Assembly: GCA_003244145.1 (NCBI GenBank)
Contig: QHBM01000075.1
Span: forward strand, 1,308-65,307
Direction of reading: 5' to 3'
Origin: Chthoniobacterales bacterium
GTDB taxonomy: Bacteria > Verrucomicrobiota > Verrucomicrobiia > Chthoniobacterales > UBA10450
DNA: 64,000 bases
The translations under genes were made by a program, and so were the position numbers. Each line of letters begins with the position of its first letter. Position 1 is the stretch's first letter. The notes beneath the pieces are model-generated. The model searched no databases. It had not been told where the DNA came from and saw only the letters and a program-made list of their open reading frames with translations. Shown one piece after another: positions 8,394 through 18,288 of the stretch.

Positions 8394-10439
8394 TTAGACC
8401 GCGCTGGATTTTGCCGCTGCGATCGGAACGAATTCGCTTTCGTGCAGAACGATCCGTTTCGATCCGCGCAAGAGCCGCCACCATTCCAGCGCACTGCCGG
8501 CCGCGATCAGGAACACCAAGGCAAAGAAACCAAACGCGACCAGCGCATCGAATCGCCAGATCGCCGCCTGCCGCGTCATTTCTGCCGCCTTCACCATGTC
8601 GGCGGTGGTGCTCGCGGTGCGCGTGAGAGCTTCGGCGCCACTCAAGAATCCCAGTCGTGGATCGGGGGAGAATATCTTGAGATAGGCCGCGCTGAATGTG
8701 ACCGCGCACATGAAGCAGAGCGGCACCAGCGTGACGAAAAGATAGCGCGTCTTGCGCATTTTAATGAGCACGGTCGTGCCGAGACAAAGAGCGATCACAG
8801 CAAGCAATTGGTTGGCGAGACCGAAGAGCGGCCAAAGACTGTTGATGCCGCCTAACGGATCGAGCACTCCCTGGTAAAGAAACCAACCCCACGCGCTCAC
8901 CAGCAACACGCTCGAAAATAAATTGGCCGCCAAAGAACGCGTATCGCCCAGCGGCTTCCATAAATTCCCCAGTAAATCCTGGAGCAGGAATCTCCCGACC
9001 CGCGTTCCGGCATCGAGCGTGGTCAAAATGAAAAGCGCTTCGAACATGATGGCGAAGTGATACCAGAGCGCGAGCGCGGTCGGGTTCGAAGAGACGCGCG
9101 AGAACATATGCGCCATGCCCACGGCGAAAGTAGGCGCGCCTCCCGCCCGGCCGAACATCGTGGTCTCGCCTAGGCCGGTCGCCAACTTTTGCATTTCGAC
9201 TTCGGTCACCGGGAAACCGGAGGCGCTGACCTTCGCCACGACTTCGGTCGGCGCGCCTTTGCTGTTGATGGCAAAATATTCGCCCGGCTGAAGGACGCAG
9301 GCCGCGATCATCGCCATTAGAGCGACCATCATCTCGGTCACCATCGCGCCGTAGCCGATATCGCGGATGCGGGATTCGCGCGCGATCATTTTACAGGTCG
9401 TGCCCGAGGCAATGAGCGAATGAAAACCAGAAACCGCGCCGCACGCGATCGTGATGCAAACGAAAGGGAAAACCGGCCCGGCGAAAATTGGTCCGCTGCC
9501 GTCGATGAATTTGGTCAGCGAAGGCATCAAGAGCGTGGGCCGCAGCAGGACCACGGCAATGGCGAGCGCCGCAACGGTTCCGAGTTTCAGGAACGTGCTG
9601 AGATAATCGCGCGGCGTGAGCAAAAGCCAGACCGGCAGAATGGACGCCGCCAATCCATAAATCATGACCGACCAGGCCAGCCATTTTTCATCCTGGCGAA
9701 ACCAGTTTTCAATTCCCGGATGTTGCGGGAGGAATTGTCCGCCCCAAACCGCGAAAGCCAGGCCGGCCAGGCCAAAGACAGTGATCCAGAGAACGCTCAC
9801 CTTTCCCGTGCGCAAACCGATGCCCATGAGCATCGCGACCGGAATCGTGGTCGCGATCGTGAAAACCCCCCACGGGCTTTTCGCGAGCGCCTGCACCACC
9901 ACCAGCGCGAGCACCGCCATGATCATGATCATGATCAGGAGCACGCTGATGAGCGCGAGCGCGCCGACGCCGCGCCCGATTTCTTCCTTCACCATTTGTC
10001 CAAGCGTTTTGCCGCGGCGCCGCACCGAACTGAAAAGCACGATCATGTCGTGGACCCCGCCGCCGAGGGTCGCGCCGATCAGGATCCAAAGCGTGCCCGG
10101 CAGAAATCCGAATTGCGCCGCGAGCACCGGCCCCACCAGCGGCCCCGGCCCGGCGATCGCGGCGAAGTGATGGCCGAAAACCATCCAGCGATTCGTCGGA
10201 ACAAAATCTTTTCCGTCTTCATGCGCGACGGCCGGCGTCGCGCGCTCGTCGTTCAGCACCATGACTTTTGCCGCGAGCCATTTGCTGTAGAATCGATAGC
10301 TGATCGCGAACGTGCACAGGCCCGCCGTCACAATCCAGAGCGCGCTGATTTGTTCCCCACGCGACAACGCCAGGACGGCCACCGCCCCCAGCCCAAGGGT
10401 AGCCACCGCGACCCACAGCAATCTTTTCCAGATATTCAT
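8394..10439 (-). CDS. cstA: carbon starvation protein A (peptide/pyruvate transporter family)
   Basis: 681 aa polytopic protein. Strong resemblance to my recollection of E. coli CstA (YRFYSKWLAAKV, FGHHFAAIAGPGPLVGPVLAAQFGFLPG, VLFSSVRRRGKTLGQMVKEEIG). Confidence 0.9.
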   Translation of the reverse strand: MNIWKRLLWVAVATLGLGAVAVLALSRGEQISALWIVTAGLCTFAISYRFYSKWLAAKVMVLNDERATPAVAHEDGKDFVPTNRWMVFGHHFAAIAGPGPLVGPVLAAQFGFLPGTLWILIGATLGGGVHDMIVLFSSVRRRGKTLGQMVKEEIGRGVGALALISVLLIMIMIMAVLALVVVQALAKSPWGVFTIATTIPVAMLMGIGLRTGKVSVLWITVFGLAGLAFAVWGGQFLPQHPGIENWFRQDEKWLAWSVMIYGLAASILPVWLLLTPRDYLSTFLKLGTVAALAIAVVLLRPTLLMPSLTKFIDGSGPIFAGPVFPFVCITIACGAVSGFHSLIASGTTCKMIARESRIRDIGYGAMVTEMMVALMAMIAACVLQPGEYFAINSKGAPTEVVAKVSASGFPVTEVEMQKLATGLGETTMFGRAGGAPTFAVGMAHMFSRVSSNPTALALWYHFAIMFEALFILTTLDAGTRVGRFLLQDLLGNLWKPLGDTRSLAANLFSSVLLVSAWGWFLYQGVLDPLGGINSLWPLFGLANQLLAVIALCLGTTVLIKMRKTRYLFVTLVPLCFMCAVTFSAAYLKIFSPDPRLGFLSGAEALTRTASTTADMVKAAEMTRQAAIWRFDALVAFGFFALVFLIAAGSALEWWRLLRGSKRIVLHESEFVPIAAAKSSAV

Positions 10440-10526
10440 CGATTGAATCTCACGCGTGCCGATGAGATTTTAGGCGCAACCAAGGGCCGCTGACAATAGC
10501 CGTCGCTCCCTGGAAATTTTTCGATC

Positions 10527-11273
10527 ATGCAGTTAACCCACAAAATAAAAAAGGTCGTGACCGGCGATGCCCTCGCCAGCGCCCGTCGGCACGTGAAGCA
10601 ATGGCTACTCGGCCGGGCCCCGCTCAGTCTCGATGCCGCCCGGATCACGAAGACCGTCGATCCCGAGAAGTTCCGGCAGATTTATCAGCGTTATCGCGTC
10701 GAAGATCCAGGTGATCACTGGCCAAAATATCTCGAGCTGGAGCGTTGGATGGAAATCAACTTGAAGCGCGTCCGCGATCTCGGCCTCGATCTCGGCGGAC
10801 GAAAGCGAGTGCTCGATATCGGCTGCGGCACCGGGTATTTCCTCTACATCTGCCAATATCTCGGCCACGACGTTCTCGGAATGGACCTGGATGAAGAGCC
10901 CGGTTTCACAGAAATGGTGGAACTGCTGGGCGTGAAACGCGTGATCTTTCGGATCGAGGCGTTCGAGCCGTTACCCGATCTAGGACACGAATTCGATGTC
11001 GTCACGGCCCACATGATTTGTTTCAACGGCCACAAGAGCGACAAGCTCTGGAAAAGCGCGGAGTGGGAATTTTTCATCGACGATCTGGCGGAGAATCATC
11101 TGGTGCCCGGCGGCCAAATCTGCCTGGAGTTCAATCGCGAATACGACGACACGAACTACACGCCGGAGTTAAAGGAATACTTCGAAGCGCGCGGCGCGGA
11201 GATCCACACCCAGCGCGTTCTCTTTAATCCATTGCGGCCCGCGCCTGTCGAAGCTGCGTCAGTTGGTCGCTGA
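10527..11273 (+). CDS. class I SAM-dependent methyltransferase
   Basis: Motif I VLDIGCGTGYF; 248 aa. Confidence 0.7.
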   Translation: MQLTHKIKKVVTGDALASARRHVKQWLLGRAPLSLDAARITKTVDPEKFRQIYQRYRVEDPGDHWPKYLELERWMEINLKRVRDLGLDLGGRKRVLDIGCGTGYFLYICQYLGHDVLGMDLDEEPGFTEMVELLGVKRVIFRIEAFEPLPDLGHEFDVVTAHMICFNGHKSDKLWKSAEWEFFIDDLAENHLVPGGQICLEFNREYDDTNYTPELKEYFEARGAEIHTQRVLFNPLRPAPVEAASVGR

Positions 11274-13869
11274 AGTCCGCTTGCCGCTGCCGATGTTCCT
11301 GCACCACAGCGGCCGGCGCGCGATCGACGAAGGAAGCATTCGAAAGCTTGGCGTCCACCGTACGCAATTCGTTTTCGAGCCGCGCAATTTCCTTGTCGAG
11401 CCGCTCGCGCTCCACGTCTTTGTCCGCGTGGTCAACGAGTATTAGCAGCTCTCCGAGCGGAGTAACAGTGAGTGGAGAAACAGGAATTACGTCCGTCTCC
11501 TCCTCACTGATATCCAGCATGCTTGCGTTGAGCAATCGCGTGATGGAGGGAACCTCCGACAAGACCCAGTTGTGAGTCGTGCGCAGTAGGAAATGCGCTT
11601 TCTTGTTCGACGGAATTCGAGAAGCCGCCCGCAGGTTGCGTCCGGCTTGGATCGTTCCGTAAATCTTCCCGACTTTCTTCCGCGCCTCCGCCACGACGCC
11701 CGGCTCAATCGAGCCGAGAGCCGAAGCTGGAGGCGGCGCGAATTCGATCGAGTTTTCTTTGAAATCCCCTCCTGCGCTGCTCAACCCGAGCACGGACCAA
11801 AGCTCCTCCGTGATGTGCGGCATGAACGGATGCAGGAGTCGCAGAAATCCCGACAAGACAAAGTCCATTACCGCCAGCACAGAATTTTTCCGTTCGTCGT
11901 CGTCGCTGAAAATTTCCGTCTTGGCGGCTTCGATGAACCAATCGCAGTAATCGTTCCAGAAGAACTCGTAGAGCCGCTGCGCCGCCTCGTTGAATTTGTA
12001 TTCGCGATAAGCGGTTTCGGTGGCGTCGAGCAACTCGTCGAAACGCGCCAGCACTTCGAGCGCGTAAATCGAAAGCGCGTGGTCGTCCAGCCGCGGCTTC
12101 GGGTCGCTCGGTCCGTGCATTTGCCGGAAGCGCGCGGCGTTCCAAAGCTTCGTGGCGAAATTTCGCCCTTCCTCGATCTGCTTTTCATCGAAGGCGATGT
12201 CCTGTCCGCTCGGCGCGATCCGCATCAAACCAAAACGCAAACCGTCCGCGCCATATTTCGCGATCAGATCGAGCGGATCGGGCGAGTTGCCTAACGACTT
12301 GCTCATCTTGCGGCCCTGTTTGTCGCGAATGAGCCCAGTTAAAAAAACATCGCGGAAAGCAATGTTGTCTTCTATCGCCGGTGTCCTACCCGGTTTGAAC
12401 TCGAGGCCGGCGATGATCATGCGCGCGACCCAGAAGAAGATGATGTCTGGCCCGGTCACCAAAACGGAGGTCGGATAAAATTTCCGGCGCGTTTCCGCAT
12501 CCATCGTTTCATAGGCCCAGAGCCAGGACGAAAACCAGGTGTCGAGCGTGTCTGGGTCCTGCTCCCAATCCGCTCCCGGCGATTCGAGTTGGACGCGCGT
12601 TTCGTCGCCGCGGTACCAGGCTGGGATGCGATGGCCCCACCAAATCTGACGGCTGATGCACCAATCCTGAATGTTCTCGAGCCATTGCGCGTAAACCTTT
12701 TCCCAATGCGGAGGAAAGAAGCGGATCAGATGATCGCGCACCACCGCCAGCGCTTCCTTCGTTTGCGGATAACGCAGAAACCATTGCTCGCTCAGCCGCG
12801 GCTCGATTGGGACTTCGCTCCGCTCGCTGAAGCCGACGTTGTTTTCGTGCAGCTCTTCTTTCCCGAGCAGTCCGCGTTCGCGCAGCAATTCCACCGATTT
12901 CGTGCGCGCTTCGAAGCGATCCAGGCCATCCAGCTCGGGAACCGCCGCGCAATTGATCCGGCCATCGGGATGGAGCACGTCGATCACCGGCAGCGAATGG
13001 CGCAGGCCGATTTCGTAATCGATCTTGTCATGCGCCGGCGTCACTTTCAAAACGCCGGTGCCGAATTTCGGATCGATCGCTTCGTCACCAACGATTAGCA
13101 ACGCTTCGCGCGCCAGCGGGCGCCAGACCCGTTTTCCAATCAAGTGGCCGTAACGCGGATCGTCCGGATGAACCGCGACCGCGGTGTCGGCCATAATCGT
13201 TTCCGGTCGCGTCGTGGCGACTTCGAGATAGCGTCCCGGCTCCTCGATGATCTCATAGCGCACGTAGTAAAGGCTCCCCTTCTGCGGTCGGGCGATGACT
13301 TCCTCATCCGACAGCGCCGTTTGCGCGGCCGGGTCCCAATTGATCATCCTGCGTCCGCGATAGATCAGCCCTTTGCCGTAAAGATCGACGAACACGTTCT
13401 CGACCGCGCGGACGTAATCATCGTCGAAGGTGTAACGTTGCCGCGACCAGTCGCAGGAGGCGCCCAGGCGCTTGAGCTGTTCGATGATGATGCCGCCGTG
13501 CTTGCCCTGCCAATCAACGACGCGCCGGAGGAATTCTTCGCGGCCCAGATCGTGGCGCGTTTTCTTTTCCGTGCGGCGGAGATGTTTTTCGACCGCGGTC
13601 TGCGTTCCGACGCCGGCGTGATCGGTCCCGGGCAACCAAAGCACTTCGAAGCCCTGCATCCGCGCCCGGCGCGCGAGAATATCCTGGATAGTGTTGTTGA
13701 GGACGTGGCCGAGGGTCAAGATTCCGGTGACGTTCGGCGGCGGAATGACGATGGAGAACGGCGATTTCGGCGAGTGCGCGTCCGCGCGAAAACAACCGGC
13801 GCTTTCCCAAAGTGCGTACCACTTCGGTTCGACCGCGGCAGGATCATAAGTTTTCGGCAGGTCAGCCAT
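11224..13869 (-). CDS. valS: valine--tRNA ligase
   Basis: Start MADLPKTYDPAAVEPKWY at 13869. Class I motifs PPPNVTGILTLGH and KMSKS, plus a C-terminal coiled-coil. The upstream 174 codons of the ORF are Arg/Asp-rich and overlap the divergent amidase gene. Confidence 0.92.
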   Translation of the reverse strand: MADLPKTYDPAAVEPKWYALWESAGCFRADAHSPKSPFSIVIPPPNVTGILTLGHVLNNTIQDILARRARMQGFEVLWLPGTDHAGVGTQTAVEKHLRRTEKKTRHDLGREEFLRRVVDWQGKHGGIIIEQLKRLGASCDWSRQRYTFDDDYVRAVENVFVDLYGKGLIYRGRRMINWDPAAQTALSDEEVIARPQKGSLYYVRYEIIEEPGRYLEVATTRPETIMADTAVAVHPDDPRYGHLIGKRVWRPLAREALLIVGDEAIDPKFGTGVLKVTPAHDKIDYEIGLRHSLPVIDVLHPDGRINCAAVPELDGLDRFEARTKSVELLRERGLLGKEELHENNVGFSERSEVPIEPRLSEQWFLRYPQTKEALAVVRDHLIRFFPPHWEKVYAQWLENIQDWCISRQIWWGHRIPAWYRGDETRVQLESPGADWEQDPDTLDTWFSSWLWAYETMDAETRRKFYPTSVLVTGPDIIFFWVARMIIAGLEFKPGRTPAIEDNIAFRDVFLTGLIRDKQGRKMSKSLGNSPDPLDLIAKYGADGLRFGLMRIAPSGQDIAFDEKQIEEGRNFATKLWNAARFRQMHGPSDPKPRLDDHALSIYALEVLARFDELLDATETAYREYKFNEAAQRLYEFFWNDYCDWFIEAAKTEIFSDDDERKNSVLAVMDFVLSGFLRLLHPFMPHITEELWSVLGLSSAGGDFKENSIEFAPPPASALGSIEPGVVAEARKKVGKIYGTIQAGRNLRAASRIPSNKKAHFLLRTTHNWVLSEVPSITRLLNASMLDISEEETDVIPVSPLTVTPLGELLILVDHADKDVERERLDKEIARLENELRTVDAKLSNASFVDRAPAAVVQEHRQRQADFSDQLTQLRQARAAMD

Positions 13870-13968
13870 CGCGCTGGAATGATCAGAGAACCGGCGTTGA
13901 TTGCAAATGCCCTCCCAATCCGTCCCGGCTTGATCAGAGCAGAAATCGCGATTACGAGGAGCACGAGC

Positions 13969-15102
13969 ATGAGCACGAGGAGGACAAAACATCGATGGCT
14001 CGTTCCCCTGGTCGCTATCGTCGTCTCCTTGATCGCCGCCGTCGCTCTCGCCGGAGATTGGACTGTGGTCCGCGAGCGGGATCGGCCCTACGTGACGTTC
14101 GCAAACGTCGCGCAGTTCTATCAATTTCCCGAATACACTCGCGTTAGCCGCACCGTCTCGCTCCGGAGCGAGCGCCGCGCCATCCGCGCCCAAGCGGGAA
14201 CGAGCGAATTGTCGATCAACGGTGTTCGCTTCTTCACCAACTTTCCGCTCATCAGCAGCGGCGAAGAAGATCTGATCTCCGTCATGGACGTGAGCAAGAT
14301 CATCGAGCCGGTGCTGCGGCCGAGCCGGATCCCGAAGTCGGAGAAGATTGAAACGGTGGTGCTCGATCCGGGCCACGGCGGAACGGATCAAGGCGCGTCG
14401 AGCAGTTGGGGAAGCGAGAAGTCGTTTACGCTCGACGTCGCGCTACAGGCTCGGACGCAACTCATGCGTGCCGGTTATCGCGTGGAAATGACGCGAGCGA
14501 CAGATGTCGCGGTGTCGCTCGAGGACCGGGTGAATTTTGCGAATCGTTTTCCGCACGCCGTTTTCGTGAGCATTCACTTCAATTCCTCCTCCGGCGGCAA
14601 CGGCGTGGAAAGCTACGCGCTCGCGCCGGAAGGCGTGGTTTCGAATCTTTCCAGCGAACACCACGTCTCGGCGGCGGATGTCGGCCGTCATGCCGGCAAC
14701 GGGCAGGACGCGCAGAACATCGCGCTCACTGCTTCCATTCACGCCACGGTTTTATCGCGGCTCGCCGCGGTCGATCGCGGAATCCGTCATTCGCGCTTTC
14801 ATGTTCTGCGCGATGTAAAAATTCCAGCGGTCTTGTTTGAGGGCGGTTTCATCAGCGATCCAGCGGAGGGCCAACGTATCGCGACCAGCTATTACCGGCA
14901 GCGTCTCGGTGCGGCCATCGCCCAGGGCATTCAGAATTACAATGCCGCCGTCAATTATCGCGCCGGCGGAGCGAACTTCGCGGTGGCGAAAACGAACCTG
15001 CCCCCACACACGCGTTCCATCACCGAAGCGCTCGGCGCGGATAATCCGGTCGAGCAGCCGTACCACCATCCACCCTCGATCTCCATTAGTGCCGGTGAAT
15101 AG
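13969..15102 (+). CDS. N-acetylmuramoyl-L-alanine amidase (Amidase_3 type) with an N-terminal signal anchor
   Basis: ATG at 13969 (MSTRRTKHRWLVPLVAIVVSLIAAVALA). Motifs VVLDPGHGGTDQGA, FVSIHFNS, LFEGGFISD. Confidence 0.85.
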   Translation: MSTRRTKHRWLVPLVAIVVSLIAAVALAGDWTVVRERDRPYVTFANVAQFYQFPEYTRVSRTVSLRSERRAIRAQAGTSELSINGVRFFTNFPLISSGEEDLISVMDVSKIIEPVLRPSRIPKSEKIETVVLDPGHGGTDQGASSSWGSEKSFTLDVALQARTQLMRAGYRVEMTRATDVAVSLEDRVNFANRFPHAVFVSIHFNSSSGGNGVESYALAPEGVVSNLSSEHHVSAADVGRHAGNGQDAQNIALTASIHATVLSRLAAVDRGIRHSRFHVLRDVKIPAVLFEGGFISDPAEGQRIATSYYRQRLGAAIAQGIQNYNAAVNYRAGGANFAVAKTNLPPHTRSITEALGADNPVEQPYHHPPSISISAGE

Positions 15103-15925
15103 CGAGACGGCAGAACAGCGGCGACCGATCGGGGTCTTCGATTCCGGCATCGGCGGCCTGACGGTAGTGAGCGCGTTGCGCGCGTTGCTGCCTAACGAGT
15201 CCATTTTTTATTTGGGCGACACCGCGCGCGTGCCCTACGGTGGCAAGAGCGCGACGACGGTGCAGCGCTACAGTCTCGAGATTGCAAAAATACTGCTGCA
15301 GGAGAACGCGAAGACCGTGGTCGTCGCGTGCAACACGGCTTCGGCCGTGGCGTTAACTCGGCTCACGGAAAGCGTTCCCGTGAGCGTGACCGGAGTGATT
15401 CTGCCCGGCGCCCAGGCTGCGGTCGCGGCTACGCGCACCGGTCACATTGGCGTGATTGGCACGCGCGCGACGATTAACAGCGGCGCGTATGAACGAGCGC
15501 TGCGTTCGCTCGAGTCTCAGATCGTCGTCACCGCTCGCGCGTGTCCCCTCCTGGTTCCGTTGATCGAGGAAGGCTGGCTCGAAAGCAAAATCACGGACGA
15601 GATCATCATGCAATACCTGGGGCCGCTCGTGGACGAAGGCATCGATACGCTAGTGCTCGGGTGCACCCATTATCCGCTCCTGCGGAATGCCATCGCGCGA
15701 TTGCTCGGTAGCGACATTACCCTGGTGGATTCCGCCCAGAATTGCGCGAACGCCGTGCGCGAACTTTTGATCCGGGAAAATCTGCGCGCGCCAGAGGCGA
15801 ACGCCGGAAGCCTGCAAGTTGCATTGACCGATCCGCCCGACAATTTCCTCCGCGTCGCCCGCGAAGCGTTGCAGCTCGAAGTGGGCGAAGTGCAATTGCG
15901 CGAAGTAACAAGTCACGCGCCGTAA
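15089..15925 (+). CDS. murI: glutamate racemase
   Basis: Motifs GVFDSGIGGLTV, VVACNTAS, LGCTHYPLL. No ATG lies near the conserved N-terminus; in-frame GTG at 15089 or 15095 overlaps the amidase stop. The exact start is uncertain. Confidence 0.85.
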   Translation: MPVNSETAEQRRPIGVFDSGIGGLTVVSALRALLPNESIFYLGDTARVPYGGKSATTVQRYSLEIAKILLQENAKTVVVACNTASAVALTRLTESVPVSVTGVILPGAQAAVAATRTGHIGVIGTRATINSGAYERALRSLESQIVVTARACPLLVPLIEEGWLESKITDEIIMQYLGPLVDEGIDTLVLGCTHYPLLRNAIARLLGSDITLVDSAQNCANAVRELLIRENLRAPEANAGSLQVALTDPPDNFLRVAREALQLEVGEVQLREVTSHAP

Positions 15926-15955
15926 ACTAGAGGCGACGCCCCCGATCTTTCTGGC

Positions 15956-16089
15956 GAGCGCACGCTTGCAGCGTGCTGGCGACGACGTCTCGTCGTCGCG
16001 AACTTTCCCCCCTACGAAATGCTTTAGGACAAGAAGACAAAGTTCGTTTCGGTGGAACACCGAAACCAGCACGCGGAACGCGTGCGCTC
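15956..16089. repeat. multi-hairpin intergenic repeat, copy 2 (complete, with 24-nt terminal inverted arms)
   Basis: The left arm gagcgcacgcttgcagcgtgctgg (15956..15979) is the near reverse complement of the right arm ccagcacgcggaacgcgtgcgctc (16066..16089). Internal hairpins: cgacgacg-tct-cgtcgtcg, cgaacttt..aaagttcg, tttcggtg-gaa-caccgaaa. Confidence 0.85.
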
Positions 16090-16158
16090 CCCAGAGTCGA
16101 AAAATTCCCGCTCCGCGCAGTCTGAGCGTGTCCAGAGCGCGGCGACAGAGCGCCGCAA

Positions 16159-16506
16159 CTACAGCGCCTTTCGCTTTGCTTTCGGCAAACTCTTCGCCAC
16201 CAGATCGTAGGAGTCATCGATCATTTTCTTGATCTCCCGTTCGGGAATAGCGCCATCGAGCTCGATCGTGTTCCAATGTTTCTTGCTCATGTGGTAACCC
16301 GGATTCACCTGTTCGTACCGATCGCGCAGCTCAAGCGCGAGATCGGGATCGCATTTCAGATTTACCCGCGGCGGCACATCGTCGAGCGCCGCCAGGGCAA
16401 ACATCTTGCCCTCGATCTTGAAGACGATGTTATCGGGACCAAATGGCGTGGTCTCGACAGTGCCCGGCTTGGCTAGACAATAATCGCGAAAAGTTTCGAG
16501 GTTCAT
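16159..16506 (-). CDS. MmcQ/YjbR family DNA-binding protein
   Basis: 115 aa. Family-typical CLAKPGTVETTPFGPDNIVFKIEGKMFA and HMSKKHWNTI. Confidence 0.7.
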   Translation of the reverse strand: MNLETFRDYCLAKPGTVETTPFGPDNIVFKIEGKMFALAALDDVPPRVNLKCDPDLALELRDRYEQVNPGYHMSKKHWNTIELDGAIPEREIKKMIDDSYDLVAKSLPKAKRKAL

Positions 16507-16928
16507 GACGCCTCTCCCCGATGCGCGCAGGCGATCTCAATCAACCCGGCCGCCCGCGGCACATCCTCCGCGCCCTCGATCCAAAAGCTGATCCAGCCCG
16601 AGCGCGGAAAAATATGATGCGAGGAAGCGCGACCGCTTTCCAAAAGTGAATCGCGATTGGCGCGGCCGACTAAACAATCCAGCAGCCCGTTCCCGTGAAC
16701 GTGACCGACTTCCCTGCCGCGAAAAAAGAAACCGATGCCGCCGAGTCGATGCACACCCAGGCTCATGCCGGGCCGATCTTTCAGTGTCGCTTCCAACGCA
16801 CTGATCGCCCGCAGACGACGCGAATGAAACAGGGCCGTCGCCGCCAGCAACATCGCGTCGAAGAGTTGCGGCGCGCCCGGGATCTTCGCGACCCATTTTA
16901 GTTTTCGGACGACGAAGCGAAAGATCAC
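16503..16928 (-). CDS. small conserved protein, resembles the DUF5519 ('luciferase family') proteins
   Basis: GTG start overlapping the glyQS stop. Motif HRLGGIGFFFRGREVGHVHGNGLLD. The family assignment is from memory. Confidence 0.4.
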   Translation of the reverse strand: MIFRFVVRKLKWVAKIPGAPQLFDAMLLAATALFHSRRLRAISALEATLKDRPGMSLGVHRLGGIGFFFRGREVGHVHGNGLLDCLVGRANRDSLLESGRASSHHIFPRSGWISFWIEGAEDVPRAAGLIEIACAHRGEAS

Positions 16929-18286
16929 GTTATCCGGGCGAGCAGCATCGGTAACAAATCGCTGATCTTGACGCGCTCCTGCTTCATCGAATCGCGCTCC
17001 CGCAACGTGACGGTTCCGAGCAGGGCCGCGTCCTTTTCCCCCAGCGTTTCGAAATCGATGGTGAGACCGAACGGCGTGCCCGCTTCATCCTGCCGTCGAT
17101 AGCGGCGCCCGATCGCGCCGGTCTCGTCATAGAAAACGTTCATGTGCGGGCGAAGCGTCGCGACGATTTCACGCGCCTTGCTCACGAGCTGTTCGTTGTT
17201 TTTCAAAAGCGGGAAGACGCCCACTTTCACCGGCGCCATCCGCGGATGAAACCGCATCACGATCCGGGTCTCGCTCTTCCCCTTCTCGTCCGTGACGGTC
17301 TCCTCGTCGTAGGCATTGCAGAGTAGGGCGAGCACCGTCCGATCCACCCCGGCGCTCGGCTCGACCACGTGCGGGATGAAACGCTGCTTCGTTTCCTCGT
17401 CGAAGTAATCGAGCGGTTTGCCACTCGCCTCCTGGTGCTGCTTCAGATCGTAGTCCGTCCGATAAGCGACGCCTTCCAGTTCCTGGCGGCCAAACGGAAA
17501 ATCGTATTCGATGTCGTAGGTGCCCTTCGAATAAAAGGCGCGATCCGCGTCCGGAACGGTCAGCACATGCAGCTTGTCGCGGGGAATTCCGATGTTCTCG
17601 TAGAACTTGAGCCGCTCTTCCTTCCAATATTCCAGCAACTCCATCCCCTGCTCCGGCCGGCAAAAATATTCCAGCTCCATCTGCTCGAACTCGCGCGAGC
17701 GGAAAATGAAATTCCGCGGATTGATCTCATTCCGAAACGCCTTCCCGATCTGCGCGATCCCGAACGGCAACTTCTTCCGCGCCGTATCGAGCACGTTCTT
17801 GAACTGCACGAATATCGACTGGGCCGTTTCCGGTCGCAGGTAAGCGATCGCGTCAGGATTGGCCGACGCTCCCATTTGCGTCGAGAACATGAGATTAAAC
17901 GGGCGCGCCTCCGTCAGGTCTTTGCCCCCGCAATTCGGACATTGTTTGACGCCGTTCTTCTCCGGCAGTTGGTCCGCGCGCAGTCGCGCCTTGCACGTCC
18001 TGCAATCGACCATCGGATCGCTGAACGTGTCTTCGTGTCCGCTCGCTTTGAGCACGGCGCGGTGGGTCAGAATCGAACCGTCCATTCCCACGACGTCGTC
18101 GCGCTCGCGCACCATCACGCGCCACCAATAATCTTTCACGTTCCGCTTCAGCTCCACGCCGAGCGGCCCGTAATCCCAGCAGCCGTTAAGTCCGCCGTAG
18201 ATTTCGCTCGATTGAAAAATGAACCCCCGCCGCTTGCACAAGCTGACGATCTTCTCCATCCGCTGCGAGTCAGGCTTGGAATTCAT
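16925..18286 (-). CDS. glyQS: glycine--tRNA ligase (single-chain class II GlyQS)
   Basis: MEKIVSLCKRRGFIFQSSEIYGGLNGCWDYGPLG, FRNEINPRNFIFRSREFEQMELEYF, EPSAGVDR. Confidence 0.92.
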   Translation of the reverse strand: MNSKPDSQRMEKIVSLCKRRGFIFQSSEIYGGLNGCWDYGPLGVELKRNVKDYWWRVMVRERDDVVGMDGSILTHRAVLKASGHEDTFSDPMVDCRTCKARLRADQLPEKNGVKQCPNCGGKDLTEARPFNLMFSTQMGASANPDAIAYLRPETAQSIFVQFKNVLDTARKKLPFGIAQIGKAFRNEINPRNFIFRSREFEQMELEYFCRPEQGMELLEYWKEERLKFYENIGIPRDKLHVLTVPDADRAFYSKGTYDIEYDFPFGRQELEGVAYRTDYDLKQHQEASGKPLDYFDEETKQRFIPHVVEPSAGVDRTVLALLCNAYDEETVTDEKGKSETRIVMRFHPRMAPVKVGVFPLLKNNEQLVSKAREIVATLRPHMNVFYDETGAIGRRYRRQDEAGTPFGLTIDFETLGEKDAALLGTVTLRERDSMKQERVKISDLLPMLLARIT

Positions 18287-18288
18287 GA

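Noticed and set aside
9420-10493. 357-aa plus-strand ORF opposite cstA
   Set aside because: Extremely Arg/Asp/His/Pro-rich (RDRDANERENRPGE...). cstA on the other strand matches a well-known family along its whole length.
13870-14391. 174-codon N-terminal extension of the valS ORF
   Set aside because: The conserved ValRS N-terminus begins at MADLPKTYDP (13869). The extension is Asp/Arg/Gly-rich and overlaps the divergently transcribed amidase gene.
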